Positions 44,890 through 56,120 are shown, numbered from the stretch's first letter. The stretch: 64,000 nt of DNA from an uncultured Verrucomicrobiae bacterium (GCA_963828525.1 CAWHEP010000008.1:480001-544000), one strand, 5' to 3'. Notes: generated by a model from the letters alone, not told the origin. Numbers and translations: made by a program.

Positions 44890-45329
44890 ATTCCCAACCT
44901 CCTCCGGGCGGTGTCTGCGGCAGTGTTCGGTCTTTTGACCCTATCCGCGTGCCAGACTATTCACCGCGAAATCTCAGGCGTTTTGCTCTCCAGCGCGGGG
45001 ATGGAAAGGGCCGCAAACGTGCCACTCAAAGTAGAGGCATCACGGACTTATCCCACTTTCATGGCGGCGTTTATAATGCCTCTCCGCCGGTGGTCGGTGT
45101 CATGCGCACCGACTCACAGGGTCGATTTGAGGTAAATGTGAGAACTGCGCGTTTTCTTGTGCTAACGACCCAGAACTATAGAGACGTTGGGTTGTATCGG
45201 GTAGTCCAACTTAGAGATGTCCATCCCTCGGCAAAGGTTGATCTGCGCGAGGGGCGCTCCGTCGTTTATGAGGGCGCTTTCCTGGGGGAGACGAACAAAA
45301 AGACAGGAATACCAGCGGCAACAGAATGA
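44890..45329 (+). CDS. second lipoprotein paralog (frameshift near 45082; start uncertain)
   Basis: LSAC lipobox; REISG, PLKVE.S.TYP, AAF.MP shared with 44356-44757. Confidence 0.62.
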
Positions 45330-45769
45330 AAAGGCGTGGCGCCCCAACCAGGCTGATCCCGAATGCAGCGCGCTCGAAGCCTCAGCCTGGAAAGCAGGCC
45401 ACCGCGGTGATGAGTACCCGTGGCAAAAGGCGGAAAAACGCCGTTTGCTCTGACTTATCCACCGGGATAATCGGCCGCCTATAAATGGAGATGCGCGAGA
45501 CTTCTCCGCCGATTCCTCGTCGAAACTCTGCCTGTCCGCACATAAGTGACAAAGCGGGGGGCAGGTGGACCAAGCGGAGATGGCTTCAGCGGCATACTGT
45601 CGACAGTAACACCCTTGGGTAGATGCCACTGCGAGGCAACAAACCCTCCATCACGCGCCAACGCGGGAATTGCGTTCCCTATGTGTTTCTAACTGTTCCC
45701 TATGTGTCTCAAAGCGTACCTATTCTGTTCTCTTTGCTTTTCCTTTGCGGCACGCGTAAACCTGCACGC

Positions 45770-46537
45770 ATGAACAAAAACAGATCGCTTAAGAGTGTGG
45801 CGGCCGCTTTTCTGTCGCTGCTGGTGTTTGGGATCGCGGGCGCCCGCGGTGGAGACGCGGATCACCCGCTCATGAACGGGAAGCTCCGGGTAACGACCTT
45901 GTCTCTGGAGGAGATTCGATATACGGGCAAGCCCTATAGCAAGGCGCTGGGAGCGTATGTATTCAATGCGCGCGCTTACGACGCGACGACGAGTCGCTGG
46001 ACGACGCAGGATCCGAGCGGGTTCCCCGATGGAGCGAATAACCGTGTTTACTGTTCTTCGCCGCTTACGAATGTGGACAGCGTCGGACTGCTTGTAACAG
46101 CCGTTTACGCGATAAACGCCAAGACGCTTACGATTGACGGAAAAGTTTACGACAAGTGCTCCTCTGGAGACAATAAGTATGACAATCGCAATAAGGAAAA
46201 AGGTCCGATTCCAACTGGGAAGTATACAATCTACTCGTGGGGGGACGGGGCAAATCGTGGCACCAATCAGGCATTCATCCTTGACTACAACGATAATAAG
46301 CCCCAAAATGACATGATTGATAGTGGCGACGCGGCCGGAAGATAGGGCTTCCGAATTCATCAATCGGGAGAATCACTCGGCTGTATCGCCTCGAGTTCAA
46401 TCGACGCTATCGCCTCACAAATCTACTCAACCAGCTACTCTCAAACGCTTTACAAGATCGATCAATTTACCGCCAAAATTCCAGACGCGGAGATATTTTG
46501 GGAATGGAAACTCGGAACGTTGAAGGTGACGGAATGA
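45770..46537 (+). pseudogene. mini-Rhs cartridge with Tlde1-like CT, in-frame TAG at 46343
   Basis: Signal + core + KGPIPTGKY..GR*GFRIHQSGESLGCI..GTLKVTE. Confidence 0.85.
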
Positions 46538-47046
46538 GATTTTTTGACCGAGTCACGCCTCGCCTCAGATCAAGAGCGCCTAGGATTGCGCTCCTCGCCT
46601 TCACGTTGTGTATTGGCGCGCTCGCATCGGGCGTGGAAAGAAAAGCGCCTCCCGTGGACGGTGACACAGTCTTCATAAAATTTTTCGCGCGAGGATTGCT
46701 TGGCGGACCGGCTTGTCGCGCGATCTTGCTCGCGGGACGGAAGGAGCCCGTTAGCGCAAAGGATTGCAACGACGAGAGGCAGTCGCTCATGAGACTGGTG
46801 AGGGGCTTGCCTCTCGCGGAGAAATGCAGGTTTGCTCTGATGTCGTTGCTGTCCCTAAACCTGGATGGCGATGGGGCGGAGATGTTTGGGCAGAACTACC
46901 TGGGAGCGGATCAGCACGCAGTTGGCGTCGCGCTTAATCGCATCCCCGACCGCGAACTGATGAACACGTGGCCGTATCAGAGATGCAAGGATCCCGCGCG
47001 AATTGGCTTGTTCAGGGTACTCGTCAAGGACTGGATTGCGCACTAA
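46534..47046 (+). CDS. Tlde1-linked immunity family
   Basis: ATGA overlap; EKCRF..LDGDGAEMFGQNYLGAD. Confidence 0.8.
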   Translation: MRFFDRVTPRLRSRAPRIALLAFTLCIGALASGVERKAPPVDGDTVFIKFFARGLLGGPACRAILLAGRKEPVSAKDCNDERQSLMRLVRGLPLAEKCRFALMSLLSLNLDGDGAEMFGQNYLGADQHAVGVALNRIPDRELMNTWPYQRCKDPARIGLFRVLVKDWIAH

Positions 47047-47289
47047 CCGCCGATTGGGCTTCCGCATTTCTCGTTGATGGTTCACGGCACCCAACACCGC
47101 TAATCCCTCTGATTAACAGAATGGACTATGGCGCGCGTATTTCACGGTTTGGGGCGGAGAAGGGTTTCCACCGCGGATTACACGGAGCTTTGCGGATTGG
47201 GAGATTTCAATGCCAAGACGCTGATACAGAAGGGGGAGTTGGGGAGTGAGGAGGGGAAGAGAAGTATGCCCGGGTTTGCCTCCCGCGGT

Positions 47290-47572
47290 ACAACTGCGAT
47301 GGCTATACGTTCGCCGGTGGGGGCTATTGGATTCAACCGTCAACGTACCCGCTATCCTGAAGGGAGATGGATACAGGCAGATAACAGGACTTGACGATAC
47401 CAAGGCGAAAATCGCGGTGTGGGGAAACGGTGACCACTCGGCACTGGTGACCGGATTGGCACAGGATCACAGTGTGAATCAGGTTACGGGAAAGGCGGGC
47501 ATAGATCCCGGTTTGAATACGACAACTCCAGAGGAGCAGTGGAAGACGGGAACCCCGGTTTACTATGAATAA
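47290..47572 (+). pseudogene. orphan papain-like (Cys-His) CT fragment
   Basis: YNCDGYTF..YWI then (frameshift) ILKGDGY..DHSALV..GKAG; ends VYYE. Confidence 0.6.
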
Positions 47573-48164
47573 GCTGTTACGATTCGGGCTGGCGTTATTT
47601 ATCGGGGTTTCCGCCAACGCGGAAATCACCTTTCAGCCGGGGGCACCGGAGTTCAAGGCCGCGATTACCGCGCAAGTTGATCTAATCCTGAGGATAGACG
47701 CCTCCGGTCACTGCAAGCTCCAGCTCTCGAACCATTCGAACGAGGTTGCGCGGGTCGGTGGAGGATGGTGGCTTCTGATGCGAAAGAATCCCTTCAAGGT
47801 GCCTGGAGCTATTTCCATCCAAGCGCGGGATCGACAAAAGAGAGTCATCTCAATCAGCGCGAGTAACGCTGATGGCTGGTTCAGCCCCGCCGCATATTCG
47901 TCCGAAGCAGCATTGGGCGATCCCGCGCAGACTCTCAACATAGGCGCTGAAGGAGCCGCGGAGTTCCCATTCGAACTTAGTGATTGGATCCCATCGCTGA
48001 AGACGTGGACAAAGGAAGCGTGGATGAGAAGAGAGTGCGCTGACCCATGTGAATACCGGTTCCGGAGTTTAGGCACTCGAGAAAGCGGCGGTCGTTACGC
48101 TCCGGCCCTTCTTATTGAAACTCCGTGGTTGCCGTGGGCGTCTCCACCTGCTGCGGGTAAGTGA
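47565..48164 (+). CDS. exported putative immunity protein
   Basis: MNKLLRFGLALFIGVSANA signal peptide; 8-nt overlap with CT. Confidence 0.75.
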   Translation: MNKLLRFGLALFIGVSANAEITFQPGAPEFKAAITAQVDLILRIDASGHCKLQLSNHSNEVARVGGGWWLLMRKNPFKVPGAISIQARDRQKRVISISASNADGWFSPAAYSSEAALGDPAQTLNIGAEGAAEFPFELSDWIPSLKTWTKEAWMRRECADPCEYRFRSLGTRESGGRYAPALLIETPWLPWASPPAAGK

Positions 48165-48486
48165 AATGCGTCGCTTCTCTGGGTCGTGGATCACGCAAGG
48201 ACGCGAAGCAGGGTCCAACGCCAACGACGAAGACGTGGTGCCTTCATTGAGATAGAACGATCAAACGCGGCTCGAGCTGCGACTCGATGCCTCGTGGCCA
48301 AGGGCAGAGCTCGCAGACGAAGACGAGTGGCGCTCACGCACGGGCGCGTGATTCCCTCCCCCACGCTTCCCCTGCAGAGGCGGGAATTGTGTTTCCTTTG
48401 TGTTTTTAACTGTACCGTAAGTGTTTAAAACCGCACCAATTCTGTTTTTTTTGCTTTTCCCTTGCGCTTGGCGTAAACCTGCACGC

Positions 48487-49381
48487 ATGAACCAAAAACA
48501 GATCGGTTAAGAGTGTGGCGGCCGCTTTTCTGTCGCTGCTGGTGTTTGGGATCGCGGGCGCTCAGGGCGGTGAAACGGATCACCCGCTGATGAACGGGAA
48601 GCTCCGGGTCACGACGTTATCGCCGGAGGAGATTCGATATACGGGCAAGCCCTATAGCAAGGCTCTCGGAGGATATGTATTCAATGCGCGCGCTTATGAC
48701 GCTGCGACGAGCCGCTGGACCACCCCTGATCCGAGCGGGTTTCCAGATGGGGCTAATAATCGAAGGTATGTTACTGATCCGACCCGACAGGCCGACCCGA
48801 CTGGACTTTACACGATCGTCGCTAGCGACGACACGCCGGACCCCGCGACTGCTGATTATAATTCGAACGAGCACACCGTCACCGCGAACGATATCACCCC
48901 CATCAACGCTGTAGGCTGGAGACTCTTTGGCTGGACTATCACACCGGACGCGGGGTCGGGTAGCGGTGCTCAGATTACGTTAAACGTAACTTCGTACACC
49001 GCGTTGAACGGCGTCACCTCCGGTTCTCCAACTCTAGGGGCTCAGTTAAGCATCAGCAACTGCTCTAACCTGCCAGCCCTTTCGAATGGGCAGGAGTTCG
49101 GGTGGATGCAGGTTGTGACCACCAATGATAAAGATGGAGGCGGAACACTTCCAGCGACGATCTCTTATCTCGACAACGCTCAGTCCGGCTCGGCCCTGTA
49201 TGGTGGCACCCAGTCCGTCACTGGCGCAAATCCGAGTTTTTATGACCGGTCAAGTAGGGGTGTTTCCGATGCTTCCCAAAATAACGTTACGTGGAAAGGG
49301 AGCCTATACTTGGTGGAGACTGACGGTTTTACGGAGGCAACGGTGTTAGGCGGGATCAGCTGGGGTTACACCATAGAATGA
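48487..49381 (+). CDS. mini-Rhs cartridge, beta-rich CT of unknown function (extra base after ATG)
   Basis: Signal + core ..DPTRQADPTGL; ends GYTIE. Confidence 0.85.
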
Positions 49382-50571
49382 CTCGTCTGCAAGCTGTCGC
49401 CCTCCTGTTGCTCGCGGGATGCTCCTCTTCTTCTGCAGAAGGGGGCGTTAATGTAAGAACTACATTCGACTTCCCGCGGACAGTCGATATCCCGCAGATG
49501 GGTTTCACGCGCGAAGGGGTGCGCGTGGCTCTTGGCGTCTTAACCATACAAAACGCAAGCAGTGCGCCTATCCTTTGTTTTCGTCGAGCCGTCGCTTTGC
49601 AGATGACTGATAGTGTCGGCAAAGTCTTCGGGGTCACTCACGCTTCGGATTATTTTCGTCCCAATGCGCCCGACGATTTTGTCCGAATCCCGCCAGCGGG
49701 CAACGCGTCTTTCCCTTTGGAGGTCAAGGTCTCTCACCGGCTGGGAGATAAAATCATTCTGTGGGGCCGGGAGCTGTCAGGCTGGTGGCAGATAAATGAT
49801 CTCAAGTTCGGGAAATATCGCGTTTCCGCCGTGTACGAAGTAGAGCAGAGGCCAGAGACGTTTGATGTGAAGGCGCTGCCTCCGGATCAGAGGCAGAGCC
49901 TGTATAGGGGCCCGCTGGAAAGCCCGTCTGTCAATTGTTTGCTCGAGCCGAAACACGGGAATGAGACAACGGAACGCGGAGAAACCCCGCAAATGAATGA
50001 CATTTGCCCTTCTTCCTCGGGTTCATCGAGCTCGGCAGAGAAAATGGCTGCCGGGTCGGGAGGAATCTCATGCGATTTAAAAGTAGATCCAAAGGTTTGG
50101 GTTTCCCCCGCTTTGAGGAAGACGACGGCTATCACGTTCATCCTGGCGCTAAAGAATCTCACGGAGAAACAAACTCGTCCCATGAATTGGGAAAGTGTTA
50201 CCCCGCTCCTGATGACGGAAGCCGGGAAAGCGGTGAAAGAAATCGATGGTTCGAATCCCAAACCGTACCTCAGGAACTGGAACTATCCGGTGGCTCACCC
50301 GGGAGAGGTGATGACAATGCGGACTACAGGGTATCTCGGATGGGAGGACGGGCGGCTCACCTTCAGCTTTTGGGACGGCGGTTTCGTGCACTACTTTTAC
50401 GATGTCAAACCCGGCAAATACAAGATTGCTTTACGGTATTCGGTGTTCTCGCCGCCCCCTGAAGACGGAGCAAGGACGGGCGATTACACGAGGCAGACGC
50501 TGAGCGGCCCACTCAAAAAGCTATTGCTGTGCGAGGCAACTACCGCTGTCACAGAGATCGAAATCCGGTAG
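49378..50571 (+). CDS. two-domain lipoprotein, putative immunity
   Basis: ATGA overlap; LAGC lipobox; two related halves (L.FGKYRV / V.PGKYKI). Confidence 0.78.
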   Translation: MTRLQAVALLLLAGCSSSSAEGGVNVRTTFDFPRTVDIPQMGFTREGVRVALGVLTIQNASSAPILCFRRAVALQMTDSVGKVFGVTHASDYFRPNAPDDFVRIPPAGNASFPLEVKVSHRLGDKIILWGRELSGWWQINDLKFGKYRVSAVYEVEQRPETFDVKALPPDQRQSLYRGPLESPSVNCLLEPKHGNETTERGETPQMNDICPSSSGSSSSAEKMAAGSGGISCDLKVDPKVWVSPALRKTTAITFILALKNLTEKQTRPMNWESVTPLLMTEAGKAVKEIDGSNPKPYLRNWNYPVAHPGEVMTMRTTGYLGWEDGRLTFSFWDGGFVHYFYDVKPGKYKIALRYSVFSPPPEDGARTGDYTRQTLSGPLKKLLLCEATTAVTEIEIR

Positions 50572-50578
50572 CGCAGGG

Positions 50579-51073
50579 TTGGGCGCATCCAGTGCCGATA
50601 ACATATTCGCCAAAATATTCAGACGGTACGTCCTGCTGCGAATGAAGTTTGCATTCAAAGTCTGTTTGTTCGCTCGGATGCTTTCGCCCCAGGGGATTGC
50701 GCGGCTTGTGCTCTTCCTGTGTTTGGGGCTTGAGGATTGTCTCGCAGCTCCATCGTTTGAAGGTAAGTCCGAACCCGAAATTCGGCAGTACATCTTGAAA
50801 ATAGCTCCCATTGGTTCTTCTGCGAAGGCAGTTCTGGCAGCTATGAAGGATCATCTTCAACTGTTAGGCGTTCTGCAAACTAACTATGACACGATAGACC
50901 GGAGGAATCCGAGAGCGATTGTTCATGTTGATGGTCGAATCGAGGTTTTGCTGGGAACTGAACATCCAAACCCGGGATCCCCGGTGTATGACGAAATTAT
51001 CTGCCGCTGGGATTTCAACAAGAAGCTGATTCTTCAAGATGTGAGCGCCGTGAGGCAGCCCACCGGCCCGTAA
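50579..51073 (+). CDS. exported hypothetical protein (orphan immunity candidate)
   Basis: Hydrophobic segment IARLVLFLCLGL; start uncertain. Confidence 0.55.
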   Translation: MGASSADNIFAKIFRRYVLLRMKFAFKVCLFARMLSPQGIARLVLFLCLGLEDCLAAPSFEGKSEPEIRQYILKIAPIGSSAKAVLAAMKDHLQLLGVLQTNYDTIDRRNPRAIVHVDGRIEVLLGTEHPNPGSPVYDEIICRWDFNKKLILQDVSAVRQPTGP

Positions 51074-51511
51074 TCCGCGCGAACGCGATATATCTCTTCC
51101 TTCCCTCTCCCAGGTAGATTGCGCACGCGCTTCTTCTTTACTTGAAGTTACTGCTCAACGCGCGAGACAATGTTGACGGTTCGGATGCGATCCCAAAACG
51201 GATCAGAAGACATGGATTACCCCCAATTCGAAAATGGCTACGGAGACATGGTCATCTTCGAGTCGAAGAAAACCCACGGGAAACGATCTGGCTCCCCAAA
51301 ATGGGGAGAGCGTCATCCCGCTCCTGTTGAAAAGACGACAAGTCCGTAATAAGCTGGGATGGCGACGCCACCGTCGATCCTGGAGCAGTCCAGCGCCTGC
51401 CGCTTCGTTCATCAATGAATCCTAGGCTGATCTTACGCCCGCTGCGCGCTTTTCTCACCACCCGTTGCTTTGTCTTGCCAAGCACTCTGAACGTCACTGA
51501 ATAGCTCCATT

Positions 51512-52024
51512 ATGCAAGTCATATCCCTTCGTTACACGACCGTCTTCGCCTTCCTTTTTCTCCCTTGGCTCTGCCTGCGGGCCTCCGACAGTTCCGCGAA
51601 CGTCGCAAAAGATCTTACCATCGACATTCCCAGATGCGATAGGGTGTTCAATGCTTCATATATGGGAATGATGTATGCCGGGAAGAGCGCGCCGCGCGTC
51701 TCCGCCATATTTAAGAGGGTGGCTCCCGATCCCTATCCGAGCGATGAAGGAGCGCACGACCGAATCTGCGCGGCGGTGCGCTCTTTTAGCATCCCGGAAA
51801 AGTGCAGGTTCGGGGTCTTGTCCCTTCTTGCATTCCGGCTTGACGGCGAGCGTTCCGAGAACTTCGGTTCCGACTACTTCGGCGCCGACCAAAAGAGGGT
51901 TGGACAGGAATTGAGCAAGATTACAGATGTCGAATGGGAATTCTTGTGCAAGGCCAGAGGGGTCCCGGTGGCGGACAAGATTGACGCCATCCACAGCCAA
52001 ATAAAGCTGATGTTAAGGAATTAA
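51512..52024 (+). CDS. Tlde1-linked immunity family
   Basis: Signal; EKCRF..LDGERSENFGSDYFGAD; preceded by STLNVTE stop at 51504. Confidence 0.8.
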   Translation: MQVISLRYTTVFAFLFLPWLCLRASDSSANVAKDLTIDIPRCDRVFNASYMGMMYAGKSAPRVSAIFKRVAPDPYPSDEGAHDRICAAVRSFSIPEKCRFGVLSLLAFRLDGERSENFGSDYFGADQKRVGQELSKITDVEWEFLCKARGVPVADKIDAIHSQIKLMLRN

Positions 52025-52485
52025 GAATTAAGAATGCGCGGACAGGGCTGTCGGGCTATAGGATGGAAGTGGCGTTTCGCCCCCGCGAAGGAAGAGAAGC
52101 AGGTTTGGGGGATGCTACTGACGAGGGGTTTAGGTGAAGAGCTTGCGTAGAGGGACGGACGCCTCGGGGAGGCGGTGGGAAATGGCTTGTGAGCATGGCG
52201 TCCGTCCCGCGGGACGGACGCCTCGGCGAGGCATCCCTATCCTGCATGCGATACGCAATCGTCTCCGAAGTTGCATTTCGTCCCGCTCTCTCCGCTCTCC
52301 CCCTCCGGACCTCTGCGTCTCGGCGTTTAAAATCCCCCTCTTCCGTTACACGCCTGGCGGTCTTCGCGGGCGCCCCTCCCCCAAGCTTCCCCGCCCTCTG
52401 CGGGAATTGTGTTCACTAAGTGTTTGTAAGCGCACCCATTCTGCTCTTTTTGCTTTTCCCTTGCGCTTGGCGTAAACCTGCTCGC

Positions 52486-53266
52486 ATGAACAAAAACAGA
52501 TCGGCTACGAGTGTGGCGGCCGCTTCTCTGTCGCTGCTGGTGTTTGGGATCGCGGGCGCTCAGGGCGGTGAAACGGATCACCCGCTCATGAACGGGAAGC
52601 TCCGGGTCACGACCTTGTCTCCGGAGGAGATTCGATATACGGGCAAGCCCTATAGCAAGGCTTTCGGAGGGTATGTATTCAATGCGCGCGCGTACGATCC
52701 GACGACGAGCCGCTGGACGACGCAGGATCCGAGCGGGTTTCCAGATGGAGCAAAATAACTTCGTGTTTTGTTGCAACTGCATTCTAAACGCACTCGATCC
52801 GGACGGCTGTACCGTTTCCTGGATTGAGGAGGAAAGTACGTATTCCCCGAATACTACCTATTCACGACTTCCCGCCACCAACTTTTTTTGGGATATCAGC
52901 CATAATGGCACCATCGTCAACGAAGGCTCGTTTACAGGCACCTTTAAACAGATGTACGATAATTCTGGTACCGATGGCTTTGTAACGTGGAGAGGCCTCA
53001 ACTCATCGAACTTCGGTCAAGTCTACGGACTAGATCTGGTCTCCCAGGATGGGTCGAACAACTGGTCTAAAAATGGCTGGACAGTCAGCGCTGGTTTTTT
53101 GGAAAACGCCGGGGTTCACGATGCAGATCTAGAAACAGTTAATTCTAGAATCAATCCTCTAGGGGCGGCAACAACCCGCAATACCCTACGAGGTCTTTCA
53201 ACGTATTTATACCAAACCCTCGTTAACGATAAGGCCGACTACAATGGAGACTTATATTACGAGTAG
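52486..53266 (+). CDS. mini-Rhs cartridge, unknown CT (extra A near 52752)
   Basis: Signal + core ..LDPDGC; ends LYYE. Confidence 0.82.
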
Positions 53267-53861
53267 GGAATGGCTGCTAATCGTTGGATTATTCGCGCTG
53301 TCCCCCTTGACGAGTTGGTCTGCTGAGACGGAGGAGCCTGCGCTTACGTGGCGATCTCCGCAGGGACAATATGAAATGGTTCACTGTCCCGCTCTTTGGC
53401 TGGTTGCCCACAATGAGCGGTGCCCCGAATGCCCGTATGTTTATGTCTTAACGCATCGCAGCGTTGTTGTGTGGACGGGTATGTCATTTGTCGATGAGTC
53501 CGCACACGCTTTCAAAGTTATTTGGTCTCCCCGCCTGGACTTTGTGTTGGTTCTCGACCGGCCGGAACGCGGCGAATGCTACCTAAATGTTATTGCATTA
53601 AAGCCCGGGTACATTTCGAGAGCCCCAAGCATTCAAAATGTTGTAAGAGACGCGTTCAAAGCCTCTGAAGATACGGATGATCGTGTTGCCGCAAAGCAGT
53701 GGTTCGGGCGGTGGACTTGGGTTTCGCGCGCCGTTGCGAGAGGGGAGTTATATTGTTCGAAGCGGTCGAGCTATAAGATCACCTTGGAATACAACGCGGG
53801 CCCGGTGTCTGAAGGGCTTAGGGTGCTAGAGACAAAGATATTAAAGACGGGGCCTCAATAG
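53244..53861 (+). CDS. exported putative immunity protein
   Basis: Overlaps CT end; WLLIVGLFALSPLTSWSA signal. Confidence 0.72.
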   Translation: METYITSREWLLIVGLFALSPLTSWSAETEEPALTWRSPQGQYEMVHCPALWLVAHNERCPECPYVYVLTHRSVVVWTGMSFVDESAHAFKVIWSPRLDFVLVLDRPERGECYLNVIALKPGYISRAPSIQNVVRDAFKASEDTDDRVAAKQWFGRWTWVSRAVARGELYCSKRSSYKITLEYNAGPVSEGLRVLETKILKTGPQ

Positions 53862-53869
53862 GGGCAGCG

Positions 53870-54395
53870 GTTGTTTACTCTTATTTTTCTAGCCAGTCGG
53901 ACAACCTTGCGCACACAGCTATGAATCACGCGGATGACACGACGCCTGGAGACTGGACCCTCTCTTCCGGTGAAGTAGATGCAATGAAGGAGAACACCGC
54001 CTACTCCACTCTGGGCGATTTTATTCTAAAGGCATTTACAAAGAAATTCAAAGACACGACACAGCAAGGAGACGCGATTAAGTATAGCACATCCAGGAAG
54101 AATGTCTCATTTTAAGAATATGCCCGATGAGAATGGAGGAAACGACGCGTACTATGGCATCGGAAGTGCTAGGTTTTGGTCGGACGGCACAGTGGCGGTC
54201 GCCAACACTGACGGAACCTACGAAGCGACCTACAGCGCTAATATCACCATGTACAAGTTCTGGGACTTCACGAACGATTCCCACTGGTACAGCCCCACTG
54301 CGGCGGGATTAAGGCTACAGAACCATGGTTACGTAGAGCCTTTCAACGTTAACGCATATTACAAAGAGACTTATATCGTGGACTGGAAGGAATAG
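53870..54395 (+). pseudogene. orphan CT related to 39.9 and 42.0 kb CTs (frameshift near 54110)
   Basis: WTLSSGE, YYGIG, FWDF, RLQNHGYVEPF; ends DWKE. Confidence 0.72.
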
Positions 54396-54399
54396 CTTC

Positions 54400-54873
54400 G
54401 TGAAGCTTGCCGTGCTTGCCGCTGCCCTGGCGACATGCGTGTTTTCCTCCACCAAAGTCTGGGAGGCATGGTGCAGAAGCGTTCGGCAAACTACTTCGCC
54501 CGTCTCCCTGACGGAAGCCAGGAAGTTTTGCCGAATACCGCTTCCAGATAGCGCTAGGAATATACAAGTCGCCGTGTTTTCCGATTGGGAGAATTACCAA
54601 TGCTTTGTTCGGTTCGAAGATTCCAGCCCTGAATGCGCGCGCGCAATTGAACCGGTCTTCCGTTCTCATGCAAAGGATATGAAGTGGAAATATGCGGCCC
54701 CGAAGATCAAGGTCATAACAGAAGCGCCGGTTCTTGATGTCACACCGCAGGGTTCCCTGCGCGTCGATTGGTTCGACATCGCAAATATCAAGCACGGGAT
54801 CACGGCAGGCTGGCAACCGCAGGTATGGGTTGACAATGACCGTGGCGCCTTCTACTTCTGTCTAACGGACTAA
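54400..54873 (+). CDS. exported putative immunity protein
   Basis: Signal-like N-terminus; IPLPDSARNI; 4 nt after CT stop. Confidence 0.72.
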   Translation: MKLAVLAAALATCVFSSTKVWEAWCRSVRQTTSPVSLTEARKFCRIPLPDSARNIQVAVFSDWENYQCFVRFEDSSPECARAIEPVFRSHAKDMKWKYAAPKIKVITEAPVLDVTPQGSLRVDWFDIANIKHGITAGWQPQVWVDNDRGAFYFCLTD

Positions 54874-54957
54874 ATCTGCTCAGATCGATCTGCATCTGCG
54901 GGTCTTCGGGCGATCCGGCGAGCTTTCCTTTCCCCCACGTCATTGAGTAGCTCCATT

Positions 54958-55471
54958 ATGCAAGTCATAGCCCTTCGTTACGCGACTGCCTCGGCCTTCC
55001 TTCTTCTCCCTTGGCTCTGCCTGCGGGCCTCCGACAGTTCCGCGAACGTCGCAAAAGATCTTACCATCGACATTCCCCGATGCGATAGGGTATTCAATGC
55101 TCTCATACATGGAAATGATGTATGCCGAGGTAGCGCGTCCCCCACGTATCCGCCATATTTAAGAGGGTGGCCCCCGACCCCTACCCGAGCGATGAAGGCC
55201 CACTGACCGCATCTTCGCAGCGATGCGCTCCTTTAGCATCCCGGAAAAGTGCAGATTCGCGATTCTGTCCCTTCTTGCATTCAGGCTTGATGGTGAGGGT
55301 TCCGAGAACTTCGGTTCCAACTACTTCGGCGCCGACCAAAAGAGGGTTGGAGAGGAATTGAGCAAGATTACAGATGTCGAATGGGAATTCCTGTGCCAGG
55401 CCAGAGGCGTCCCTGTGGCTGACAAGATTGACGCCATCCACCGCCAAATAAAGACGATGTTAGGGAATTAA
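54958..55471 (+). CDS. Tlde1-linked immunity family, close paralog of 51512-52024 (frameshifted)
   Basis: High nucleotide similarity; preceded by HVIE stop at 54950. Confidence 0.72.
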
Positions 55472-55497
55472 GAATGCGCGGACAGGGCTGTCCGGGT

Positions 55498-55612
55498 ATA
55501 CTCAACAAGCTACTCTCAAACGCTTTACAAGATTGATCAACATGGGACGTCCATAGATCCGCCGGAAACATTCTGGGAGTGGAAACTCGGGTCGTTGAAG
55601 GTCACGGAGTAG
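55498..55612 (+). pseudogene. Tlde1-like CT tip
   Basis: YSTSYSQTLYKIDQ..FWEWKLGSLKVTE, similar to 46433-46537. Confidence 0.75.
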
Positions 55613-55616
55613 ATAT

Positions 55617-56120
55617 ATGTCGCCGACAACGCGTCAATACCTAGTGAAAGTTCCTTTGGCGGTATTGTTCTTTTTGCTGACGGGGGGATGCGCATGGGCA
55701 TCAGGCGCGGAAGCGAATGCCGCGTTTGCGCATGCTGACACAGTCTGCATGAGATTATTCATGCAGGAATTCGTGGGCGGCTCGATTTCGCGCGAGATCA
55801 TGCAAGCCGGACGAGGGATCCCCGCCGAGGTAAAGACAGATCACGGCGAAAAAGAGTCGCTCATGAGACTGGTGAGAGCCTTGCCTCTCGCGGAGAAGTG
55901 CAGATTTGCTTTGATGTCGTTGCTGTCCCTAAACCTGGATGGCGATGGGGCGGAGATGTTTGGGCATGACTACCTTGGATCGGATCAGCACGCCGTTGGC
56001 GTCGCGCTTAATCGCATCCCCGACCACGAACTGATGAACACGTGGCCGTATCAGAGATGCAAGGATCCCGCGCGGATTCGCTTGTTCAGGGCACTTGTCA
56101 ACGACTGGATTGCACACTAA
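55617..56120 (+). CDS. Tlde1-linked immunity family
   Basis: Signal; C-half almost identical to 46534-47046. Confidence 0.8.
   Translation: MSPTTRQYLVKVPLAVLFFLLTGGCAWASGAEANAAFAHADTVCMRLFMQEFVGGSISREIMQAGRGIPAEVKTDHGEKESLMRLVRALPLAEKCRFALMSLLSLNLDGDGAEMFGHDYLGSDQHAVGVALNRIPDHELMNTWPYQRCKDPARIRLFRALVNDWIAH

Noticed and set aside
46343..46345. Stop-codon reassignment or readthrough of TAG/TGA
   Set aside because: TAG and TGA terminate many housekeeping genes here; a simple nonsense mutation or base error is more likely
51142..51425. Possible additional degraded CT
   Set aside because: No frame gives a convincing motif or link to the core
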